DNA of 32,000 bases from Microcystis aeruginosa NIES-843 (GTDB taxonomy: Bacteria; Cyanobacteriota; Cyanobacteriia; Cyanobacteriales; Microcystaceae): contig NC_010296.1 in NCBI RefSeq assembly GCF_000010625.1, positions 5,640,001-5,672,000 of the forward strand. The letters run 5' to 3'. Below are positions 9,111 to 16,323 of this stretch, piece after piece. The notes under the pieces are model-generated. The model saw only the letters and a program-made list of their open reading frames with translations. It was not told where the DNA came from and did not search any database. Each line of letters begins with the position of its first letter. The first letter of the stretch is position 1. The position numbers were made by a program, and so were the translations under genes.

Positions 9111-10979
9111 ATGGATCCATCTTTCACCCTTACCCTGCAAATTGTCATCACTGTGGTGGCGGGGATTACAGCCCAAGTCATTGCCGAATACCTGAAAGTT
9201 CCCAGTATTGTCTTCCTGCTCATTTTTGGGATTGCTTTAGGGTCCGATGGTTGGGAAATTTTACACCCCCAAAGTCTGGGAATTGGTTTAGAAGTCCTTG
9301 TTGCTCTCTCTGTGGCGATTATCCTATTTGAAGGCGGTTTAAGCTTAAGCGGACGGGAATTAGGGCGAGTTTCTGGCAGTTTACGCAATCTTGTCACCCT
9401 CGGTACTTCCATCACTCTCATCGGTGGCGGTATGGCAGCCCACTGGTTGGGGGAATTTCCCTGGCCGATCGCTTTTCTTTACGCTTCTTTAGTGGTGGTA
9501 ACTGGTCCGACGGTGATCGGGCCTTTGCTGAAGCAAGTAGCCGTAGATCGACGGGTGGCGACGCTTTTGGAAGGGGAAGGGGTATTAATCGACCCTGTGG
9601 GCGCAATTTTAGCCGTAGTGGTGCTAAATACGATTATTGATAGTCATGCCCGCCCCATGGAAATTATCACTGGTTTAACCCTACGTTTAGGCATCGGGGC
9701 GGCGATCGGCATTGCTGGAGGCGGATTGTTAAGTTTTATTATAAAAACTTGCAATTTTCTGACTTTTGAGTTAAAGAATCTCGTGGTTTTAGCGGGAGTC
9801 TGGGGGTTATTTGGTTTATCACAATTTAGTCGCAGTGAATCGGGGTTAATGGCGGTGGTAATGGCGGGAATTGTCCTAAAAGCGGCGGCAGTTCCCGATG
9901 AGCGGTTATTAAGGCGTTTTAAGGGTCAATTAACCACTCTTTGCGTGTCGGTACTGTTTATTTTACTAGCGGCGGATCTTTCGATCGCCAGTGTCATCGC
10001 TTTGGGTTGGGGCAGCGTCCTGACCGTGTTAGTCTTGATGCTGGTGGTACGTCCCCTGAGTGTGGCTCTGTGTACCCTAAAAAGTGACCTAAATTGGCGA
10101 CATAAGTTATTTATCGCTTGGGTTGCCCCTAGAGGAATCGTCTCTGCCTCCGTAGCTTCTTTATTTGCCATTTTACTCACCCGTGCCGGTATTAATGGCG
10201 GTGAAGCGATCAAAGCTTTAGTCTTTTTAACAATTTTAATGACCGTTTTTATTCAGGGATTAACGGCGCGTTGGGTGGCAAAAGGGCTAAAAATCACTTC
10301 TTCTGCGGCAACAGGGGCAGTAATCGTCGGTTGTAATCCCCTAGGTCGCTTAATCGGTTGTTTATTCCAAGAACAAGGGGAAAACGTGGTTTTAATCGAT
10401 ACGGATGCCAGGGCCTGTGAACAAGCAGAAGAAGACGGTTTGACGGTGCTGCAGAGTAGCGCACTTGATACAAAAATACTGCAAGAAGCCGGCATCGAAT
10501 CCATGGGGACTTTTCTGGTTTTGACTAATAATAGCGAGGTTAATCTGGTTTTAGCCCAAAGAGCCGGCGAGGAGTTTCATCCTCCCCGGTTGTTGGCTGC
10601 CTTTGCGGGAACCCCCAACCCGGATAAAAATAAGGTTAATCAGGTTTTTCTCCCTAGTTTTTCGGTCAAGGAATGGAATCAGTATTTAGACGATAATCAG
10701 ATTAAATTGGGTAAAACTATCTTTAAAGGCAATGATTTGAGCGAACAACAGACCAGATTAACTAAATTAATTGAAAATGGCGAACTGCTGCCCCTACTAT
10801 TGCGTCGCGATAATTCCCTACAGGTAGTAACAGAAAGGGAAGAATGGCGCACCGGAGACGAATTAATCTATATTCTGCGCGATTTACGCCCACAACTGCT
10901 TAAACGTCTTTCCGGCACTGTCAGAACTCGTTTATCTTTAGAAATCTTACCCGAAGTGGAAATTGTCACCAGTAGATAA
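9111..10979 (+). CDS. cation:proton antiporter (CPA1/NhaP type) with C-terminal TrkA-N/RCK-like domain
   Basis: 622 aa. About 400 aa form a polytopic membrane domain (FEGGLSL, ATGPTVIGPLL, PRGIVSASVA). A soluble Rossmann-like segment follows (AVIVGCNPLGRLIG...VVLIDTD). Confidence 0.85.
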   Translation: MDPSFTLTLQIVITVVAGITAQVIAEYLKVPSIVFLLIFGIALGSDGWEILHPQSLGIGLEVLVALSVAIILFEGGLSLSGRELGRVSGSLRNLVTLGTSITLIGGGMAAHWLGEFPWPIAFLYASLVVVTGPTVIGPLLKQVAVDRRVATLLEGEGVLIDPVGAILAVVVLNTIIDSHARPMEIITGLTLRLGIGAAIGIAGGGLLSFIIKTCNFLTFELKNLVVLAGVWGLFGLSQFSRSESGLMAVVMAGIVLKAAAVPDERLLRRFKGQLTTLCVSVLFILLAADLSIASVIALGWGSVLTVLVLMLVVRPLSVALCTLKSDLNWRHKLFIAWVAPRGIVSASVASLFAILLTRAGINGGEAIKALVFLTILMTVFIQGLTARWVAKGLKITSSAATGAVIVGCNPLGRLIGCLFQEQGENVVLIDTDARACEQAEEDGLTVLQSSALDTKILQEAGIESMGTFLVLTNNSEVNLVLAQRAGEEFHPPRLLAAFAGTPNPDKNKVNQVFLPSFSVKEWNQYLDDNQIKLGKTIFKGNDLSEQQTRLTKLIENGELLPLLLRRDNSLQVVTEREEWRTGDELIYILRDLRPQLLKRLSGTVRTRLSLEILPEVEIVTSR

Positions 10980-11053
10980 GTAATAGGACAAAATTAACTT
11001 CTTGGTGAGGATAGGCACTCTGGCAACTTAACTTAGCTAAAAAAAACGGTACA

Positions 11054-11084
11054 CTGATAACTGATAATTGATAACTGATAACTG
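11054..11084. repeat. CTGATAA heptamer tandem repeat (4.5 units) ending 3 nt before the start codon at 11088
   Basis: Direct reading gives CTGATAA CTGATAA TTGATAA CTGATAA CTG. The same heptamer array occurs at 21764-21798. Confidence 0.85.
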
Positions 11085-11087
11085 CTT

Positions 11088-11342
11088 ATGCCTCCCCGTT
11101 GGCCCCGTCAACCCGACCGCAAAAACGATCCCGCTTTCCGACGTTTAGATGATCGCATGAATTTCGCCGTTCATGTAGCGGGTTTTTTAGCGATTAATTC
11201 AGGGTTGTGGTTTTTTCATATCATTAAATTTTCCGATTGGACTTGGTTAAATCTGTTCACGGGAATTTGGGCTATTCTATTGGTGGGACATTTGATTTAT
11301 ATAGCGGCGATCGCTAACTACTCGGTAACATCCCATGGCTAA
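11088..11342 (+). CDS. small membrane protein, 2TM-domain-like
   Basis: 84 aa with two predicted hydrophobic helices after a basic N-terminus (FRRLDDRMNFAVHVAGFLAINSGLWFF...). The stop overlaps the next start (ATGGCTAA). Confidence 0.55.
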   Translation: MPPRWPRQPDRKNDPAFRRLDDRMNFAVHVAGFLAINSGLWFFHIIKFSDWTWLNLFTGIWAILLVGHLIYIAAIANYSVTSHG

Positions 11343-11637
11343 TACAACTCAGGACATCGAAAATCTGGCGGCCCAAATCGGCGACAATATCTACATTGAC
11401 GTGGCTAAATGGCATCTCTATCTCCGGGAAGCACATTTACACAGCGTCGTTGCCGAAAAAGTCTTCCCTTTGCTCGAAAACGACAGCTTAAGCGAGAATG
11501 CAGTCATGTCTATCCTGCGGGAGATAAAAGTCACCCTCGGAGGTGGTCATCTGCAAGTTTCCCTAGCGGATTTATTACCCAGCAAATGTCAGATAGATTT
11601 AATCGATTTGCTAGAAGAATACCAAAAAAGTCGCTAA
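11335..11637 (+). CDS. conserved cyanobacterial hypothetical protein (possibly DUF3181-like)
   Basis: 100-aa ORF, translationally coupled by an 8-nt overlap with 11088..11342. The family assignment is from memory only. Confidence 0.5.
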   Translation: MANTTQDIENLAAQIGDNIYIDVAKWHLYLREAHLHSVVAEKVFPLLENDSLSENAVMSILREIKVTLGGGHLQVSLADLLPSKCQIDLIDLLEEYQKSR

Positions 11638-11796
11638 AATTACCCAATAGTATGCCCGATAACTCGCAGACTAGGACTAACAGGCTAAAGTAGTTAGGGT
11701 TGGCTGAATAAATCTAAAAACATTGTCCGATAAGTACTGGTCATTGGAGTGATCCGGGGGAAAATTCAGGGACTTTTCCCCTGAAAATGGCTAAAA

Positions 11797-11837
11797 CCCT
11801 ACACCCCACACCCCACTTCCCCACTTCCCCACTTCCC
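11797..11837. repeat. heptamer/octamer repeats (ACACCCC x2, ACTTCCCC x3); 3' exon flank of the intron
   Basis: Direct reading gives CCCTACACCCCACACCCCACTTCCCCACTTCCCCACTTCCC. Confidence 0.85.
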
Positions 11838-11913
11838 GTTACAGTAGAGCAGGAAGTCGCCTTCCCACCCCCTGCTTCAAAACCGGACTTACGACTTTCG
11901 CCGTATCCGGCTC
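11838..11913 (-). ncRNA. group II catalytic intron domains V-VI (Rfam Intron_gpII-type region)
   Basis: GAGCCGGAUACGGC-GAAA-GUCGU-AA-GUCCGGUUU is 34 nt with the AGC triad, a GAAA loop and a 2-nt bulge, and every stem position pairs (Watson-Crick or G-U). The D6 hairpin GGGAAG-GCGA-CUUCCU follows. Confidence 0.85.
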
Positions 11914-12622
11914 CTGAGTAACTAGGCTACTGTCATTAGTAGAATAATAATGGGAATTATTATTTCCTTGTCTATTCAACCCTCTTGGCTGTATCCCCAC
12001 CAGACAAGATTGTTGGTTTTAGGGCGTATATGACCGTTGATTGTTGCTTAGACTTCCTAGTTACCCGTCCTTTGTCAGCATATCTTTGATATTACTCAAA
12101 GCCTTGGCTTTTAAGGACATCCTCTCCCTCTATTGACTTGCGGATGGTTTCCTACTGCCCCGAACGGGCAGAGTCAATCAGGGTTACTTCGTTCCCTATA
12201 ACCATTGGTTGAACCCTTAGGATGATACTGTCCACAACAGAGTAACGGGAATGCCTTACTGATAGTGGTATGAGCTATCAGCCCCAACTCTGTTAACTTT
12301 TGTTTCGAGCCTGTCAGCCTTTTGGCTCGTGGGTGTTGACGATGGTTAATTCGTATCTTCGCCCCAGGGCTATCCATAGGTTCTGGCTCAACGGGTTTCT
12401 GATTTAGGCTATCAGATACCGCTTTTTTTTCCTCGCTCACTACCTCAGATGTACCAAGTCTAAAGCAGCAGGAAATGCCGTCACTCTAGGCATCTAGAGG
12501 ACAGGACTAAGGTTATTACTAACCCGCACCTGTAGGGTTATAAAGTTATCAAGGTACTACATTTACCAAGCGGCTAATCCTCTAAACGTCTTACTGTCTA
12601 GTTTCTAGCCAACGAATCGCAC
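11838..12622 (-). mobile_element. group II intron, ORF-less (~785 nt)
   Basis: The minus strand starts GTGCGATTCG at 12622. Canonical domain V lies at 11913..11880. Domain VI carries a GCGA tetraloop and an unpaired A 7 nt before the terminal ...TAAC (11838). Domain IV is reduced to a short AT hairpin (11941-11968). No RT/maturase ORF is present. Confidence 0.85.
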
Positions 12623-12648
12623 CACACCCCACACCCTACCACCACCGA
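12623..12648. repeat. heptamer repeats (CACACCC/ACACCCT/ACCACC); 5' exon flank of the intron
   Basis: Direct reading gives CCACACCCCACACCCTACCACCACCG. Confidence 0.8.
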
Positions 12649-12698
12649 AAAACTTTTTCAGCATACCCTAGTTAGAAATAGTCCCCCAGAAGCAAACC

Positions 12699-13784
12699 AT
12701 GGAAATAGGTGTCCCCAAAGAGATTAAAGATCAGGAGTTTCGCGTCGGTTTGAGTCCTAGTAGTGTGCGTGTACTCAATGATCGCGGTCACAGGGTGTTT
12801 GTGGAAACGGCCGCCGGATTGGGTGCTGGATTCAGCGATGAAGATTACCAAAAATCCGGGGCCAAAATTGTGGAAAAAGCGGCCCAAGTTTGGGATAAAC
12901 CGCTAATTGTCAAGGTAAAAGAGCCGCTGAAGGCAGAATACGGCTTTTTAAATAAGGAAGCTCTCCTATTCACCTATTTACACCTAGCGGCCGAGCGCTA
13001 TTTAACGGAAGCATTAATCGAGTCGGGAACAACTGCGATCGCTTATGAAACGGTCGAGCTTGCCGATGGTCGTTTGCCTCTCTTGACTCCCATGAGTGTT
13101 ATTGCCGGTCGTCTTTCGGTACAATTTGGGGCCCGCTATCTGGAAAAACAACAGGGAGGTAGGGGAGTTTTACTGGGGGGTTTCCCCGGGGTGAGTCCTG
13201 GACAAGTGGTTATCCTTGGCGGTGGTGTGGTGGGTACGGAAGCGGCCAGAATTGCCATCGGTATGGGAGCAAAAGTAACTATTTTAGATATTAACGTCGA
13301 GCGCTTGGCCTATTTAGAGACTTTATTCGGTTCCAGGGTAGAATTGCTTTATAGTAGCCCGGCACAATTAGAAAATGTGGTTCCTAAGGCCGATTTATTG
13401 ATTGGGGCAGTGCTAGTCTTAGGAAAACGAGCGCCAACTCTAGTTTCTCGCTCTTTAGTCGCCAAAATGAACCCTGGTTCCGTAATTGTCGATGTGGCAG
13501 TGGACCAAGGGGGCTGCGTGGAAACTCTGCGGGCCACTTCCCACAGTCAACCGACTTACTTGGAGTCGGGAGTAGTACATTATGGAGTGCCTAATATGCC
13601 TGGAGCAGTACCCTGGACGGCAACCCAAGCTTTAAATAATAGTACCCTAGCCTACGTTATTAAATTAGCCGACCATGGGGTAAAAGCCTTGGATCAAGAT
13701 GTTTCCCTCGCTAAGGGGTTAAATGTCGCCAATCATCGGTTAATTCATCCAGCAGTGCGCGAAGTTTTTCCCGATTTGATTTGA
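12699..13784 (+). CDS. ald: alanine dehydrogenase
   Basis: 361 aa starting MEIGVPKEIKDQEFRVGLSPSSV, with the NAD fold VVILGGGVVGTEAARIA and the C-terminal blocks VIVDVAVDQGG and HYGVPNMPGAVP. Confidence 0.95.
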   Translation: MEIGVPKEIKDQEFRVGLSPSSVRVLNDRGHRVFVETAAGLGAGFSDEDYQKSGAKIVEKAAQVWDKPLIVKVKEPLKAEYGFLNKEALLFTYLHLAAERYLTEALIESGTTAIAYETVELADGRLPLLTPMSVIAGRLSVQFGARYLEKQQGGRGVLLGGFPGVSPGQVVILGGGVVGTEAARIAIGMGAKVTILDINVERLAYLETLFGSRVELLYSSPAQLENVVPKADLLIGAVLVLGKRAPTLVSRSLVAKMNPGSVIVDVAVDQGGCVETLRATSHSQPTYLESGVVHYGVPNMPGAVPWTATQALNNSTLAYVIKLADHGVKALDQDVSLAKGLNVANHRLIHPAVREVFPDLI

Positions 13785-13879
13785 ATGTCAAAAAGGTGCG
13801 ACTGAATTATTTTGGGCTGCTAGGAAAATCAGTCGTATCTATCTTAACAATTAACACAGGATTAAGGTGGTTAATTCAC

Positions 13880-13909
13880 TTGTACTTTAGCTATCTTGTT
13901 GGTTATAAT
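13880..13909 (+). promoter_or_regulatory. candidate sigma70-type promoter of the R-M operon
   Basis: TTGTAC (13880-13885), an 18-nt spacer, then TATAAT (13904-13909), ~37 nt upstream of the ATG at 13946. This is a pattern match only. Confidence 0.3.
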
Positions 13910-13945
13910 CAGGGAATATGATCCCTAGGAAAATATTAAGGTAAA

Positions 13946-14962
13946 ATGGTCAAATTTATCGATTTATTTGCCGGTATTGGAGGCTTTAGAATAGCTTTTG
14001 AAAATCTGGGTTGTCAGTGTGTTTTTTCATCGGAGTGGAATAAATTTTCTCGAAAAACCTACGAAGCTAATTTTAACGATAGTCCCGAAGGGGATATTAC
14101 TTTAATTCCCGCTTTAACAATACCAGATCATGATATATTGACGGCTGGGTTTCCCTGTCAGCCTTTTAGCATAGCTGGAGTAACTAAACACAATGCGTTA
14201 GGTACTCGCCATGGATTTGATCATCCCACTCAAGGAACACTTTTTTTCGAGGTTGTCAGAATTATTCGAGAAAAAAGACCGAAAGCATTCATTTTAGAAA
14301 ATGTCAAAAATTTACAGAGTCATGACAAGGGTAAAACATTTGAAGTGATTAAAAATACCCTATCAGAGGATTTAAATTATCATATTTGTTATCAGGTCAT
14401 AGATGCTCGTTCTCTTGTTCCCCAGAACAGAAAAAGAATTTTTATTGTTGGCTTTGAGAAACCTAGCCGATTTATGTTTCCAGAAATACCAGATATTCAT
14501 CCTAAAATTAAAGATATTCTTGAAGGGGAAGTTGATAGTAAATATACTTTAACAGATCATCTCTGGGATTACTTACAGAAGTATGCTGATAAACATAAAG
14601 AAAAAGGGAATGGTTTTGGTTATGGATTAGTTAATTTAGAGGGGATTGCCAGAACTTTGAGTGCTAGATATTATAAAGATGGTTCCGAAATTTTGATCCC
14701 TCAACAGGGAAAAAATCCCCGTCGTCTAACACCAAGAGAATGTGCAAGATTGATGGGATTTCCTGAAAAATTCATTATTCCTGTATCTGATAATCAAGCT
14801 TATAAACAGTTTGGTAATGCGGTTGTACCTCCTGTAGTAGAGGCAATAGGAAGGGAGATATTGCTAAGTCTTAATAATCCTATTTTAGATCAGAAAAATT
14901 TGCTTGATTCATCTCGCAAAAATCCAATTATCAAACAATTAGAACTTGCCCTAGTTTTTTAG
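13946..14962 (+). CDS. dcm: DNA (cytosine-5)-methyltransferase, type II R-M system
   Basis: 338 aa with the ordered m5C motifs [38 protein letters not shown] and X QFGNAV. The overall layout resembles HpaII-type MTases (from memory). Confidence 0.95.
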   Translation: MVKFIDLFAGIGGFRIAFENLGCQCVFSSEWNKFSRKTYEANFNDSPEGDITLIPALTIPDHDILTAGFPCQPFSIAGVTKHNALGTRHGFDHPTQGTLFFEVVRIIREKRPKAFILENVKNLQSHDKGKTFEVIKNTLSEDLNYHICYQVIDARSLVPQNRKRIFIVGFEKPSRFMFPEIPDIHPKIKDILEGEVDSKYTLTDHLWDYLQKYADKHKEKGNGFGYGLVNLEGIARTLSARYYKDGSEILIPQQGKNPRRLTPRECARLMGFPEKFIIPVSDNQAYKQFGNAVVPPVVEAIGREILLSLNNPILDQKNLLDSSRKNPIIKQLELALVF

Positions 14963-14974
14963 TCCTAAAGATTT

Positions 14975-15817
14975 ATGATTGATATCTATAGCTTTAATGC
15001 TCAGGAAAATGAATTAATCGAGACAATTAAGACTGCTTATTATATGCAACCGGTGATCTCGAAAATAGACGCTATTTTAGCAATTCAAGATGTGGAGATA
15101 TATCAAAATGCTTTCAATTATCTCTATGAATTTATTCAAGGCTCAAAAGATGAAGTAGAAAAAATTATTAAACAAAGAAAGCTTCAGGGATTGATTAAAG
15201 ATGAAAAACAAACTGCCAAAGCTGTGGTAGGAAACATATTTCCCTATGCGGTTATCTATATTTTTCTCAAAAATAAGGAGATCAAGAATATTGATCAACA
15301 TATTTATATAACTAATAAAAAATCTGCTGTTCGAGGATTTGAAAATATATCCACTATTAAATTGGGTGATGGAGAACAACAAAAACTAGATTGTGATTTG
15401 ATCATTTATTCTTACCATACTTCTGCAAAGATAAGTGATGGTAATAATCAAGAAATACCCTATCCTAAATGTATAATTTTATCCTTAAAAACTTCTTTGC
15501 GAGAAAGAGCATCGCAAACCTATAAATGGAAACTTTTGTTAGAAATAGCTAATGATCATGGCTCTAAAATTAAGGAAAAATACGGCATTAACTATAATGT
15601 TCCAGAAATTCCTCTTATCTGTTTTGTTACAGTTAATTTTTACAACGAAATTAACAATCCTCAACAACGAGGAATGTTAAAATTTTTTGATAAAGCATTT
15701 TTGGCCAAAAAATTAGATAATGAAAAAGAGACGGATTTAAACAGACAAAAATCCCAAGATTTTATTAGTCCATTATCAGAATTAGTAGATTTTGTTAGAG
15801 ACTTTTTTAAGCCATAA
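14975..15817 (+). CDS. type II restriction endonuclease, CC:GG-recognising PD..(S)xK superfamily (Cfr10I/NgoMIV/Ecl18kI/BsaWI-like)
   Basis: 280 aa, starting 12 nt after the MTase gene on the same strand and sharing its AT-rich composition. Candidate catalytic and recognition residues are LDCDL (D139/D141), S170-L-K172-T-S-L-R176-E-R178, and E190. Confidence 0.65.
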   Translation: MIDIYSFNAQENELIETIKTAYYMQPVISKIDAILAIQDVEIYQNAFNYLYEFIQGSKDEVEKIIKQRKLQGLIKDEKQTAKAVVGNIFPYAVIYIFLKNKEIKNIDQHIYITNKKSAVRGFENISTIKLGDGEQQKLDCDLIIYSYHTSAKISDGNNQEIPYPKCIILSLKTSLRERASQTYKWKLLLEIANDHGSKIKEKYGINYNVPEIPLICFVTVNFYNEINNPQQRGMLKFFDKAFLAKKLDNEKETDLNRQKSQDFISPLSELVDFVRDFFKP

Positions 15818-15917
15818 TTGGACAGAATTAGCCCTAGAAAGTATGGAATTTAATGACTATCATGTTCTCGTCAGCTTGTGTATAAAGTTTGATGTATAGA
15901 TTCAACATTTTTTGTCA

Positions 15918-16256
15918 CTAAGCCACAGCAAATCCCGTATATTTGCGTACTTTAGGATAACGAAAACCCAGAACTATATCTTCTTTGGGAATACCTGCTT
16001 CCATCAAATCAGTCGCTATGCCTTCCTCCGTTTCATCACATTGAATCCAGACTTTATCGACAACCAAGCTAAGGTGAATTGGTGTTGCATGGAGATACTT
16101 ATTACCACTCCAACCGAAATCTAAAACTAGATAATGTCCTCGTTCATCATCAAATATAACCTGAGAAGTGTAGCCATCAGGTAAGGTAGCACGATAGTTA
16201 GCATGATTCTGGAGAACAGTCTTAATAATACCTTGATATTTTAATCGGGTATCCAT
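15918..16256 (-). CDS. xisI: XisI-family protein (fdxN-element excision controlling factor-like)
   Basis: 112 aa with full-length XisI-family blocks (YQ..I..VL..HA, GHYLV...GW....R.H...IHL.....KVWIQ.D.TE.GIA..L...GIPKEDIVLGF). Confidence 0.9.
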   Translation of the reverse strand: MDTRLKYQGIIKTVLQNHANYRATLPDGYTSQVIFDDERGHYLVLDFGWSGNKYLHATPIHLSLVVDKVWIQCDETEEGIATDLMEAGIPKEDIVLGFRYPKVRKYTGFAVA

Positions 16257-16297
16257 TGCACGATTACCTCACTTTCATCATCAAAGACAATTAAAAG
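16241..16297 (-). pseudogene. xisH 3' remnant (last ~18 codons only)
   Basis: The minus-strand frame reads LLIVFDDESEVIVQWIPD* and overlaps the xisI ATG (CAATGGATA). This resembles XisH C-termini and the usual xisH-xisI overlap. The frame closes 7 codons further upstream (TGA), right next to the stop of the 1479-aa gene. Confidence 0.45.
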
Positions 16298-16313
16298 GGG
16301 AGAATTAATCCCC
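16293..16313 (-). terminator. candidate intrinsic terminator of the ELWxxDGT gene
   Basis: The minus strand reads GGGGA-TTAATTC-TCCCC followed by TTTTAATT, 10 nt after the TAA at 16324-16326. The stem is short (5 bp). Confidence 0.4.
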
Positions 16314-16323
16314 CCCCATCAAT

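Noticed and set aside
9008-9421. 137-aa minus-strand ORF overlapping the antiporter start, plus other antisense ORFs at 9418..9606, 9926..10213 and 10253..10504
   Set aside because: They are Arg/Pro/Ser-rich antisense translations of a membrane-protein gene, with no family resemblance. The plus-strand antiporter frame is convincing.
11409-11693. 94-aa alternative-frame ORF overlapping 11335..11637
   Set aside because: It is an Arg/Ser-rich out-of-frame product. The 100-aa frame is translationally coupled to the upstream gene and has a balanced composition.
11757-11781. Hairpin GGGGAAAA-N9-TTTTCCCC as a terminator of the 100-aa gene
   Set aside because: No U-tract follows on either strand, and it lies 120 nt past the stop. 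It could equally be part of the repeat or intron flank.
12174-12440. 88-aa ORF inside the group II intron (same strand)
   Set aside because: It has no reverse-transcriptase, maturase (X) or En motifs. It lies in the predicted domain I-III ribozyme region rather than domain IV. It is most likely fortuitous.
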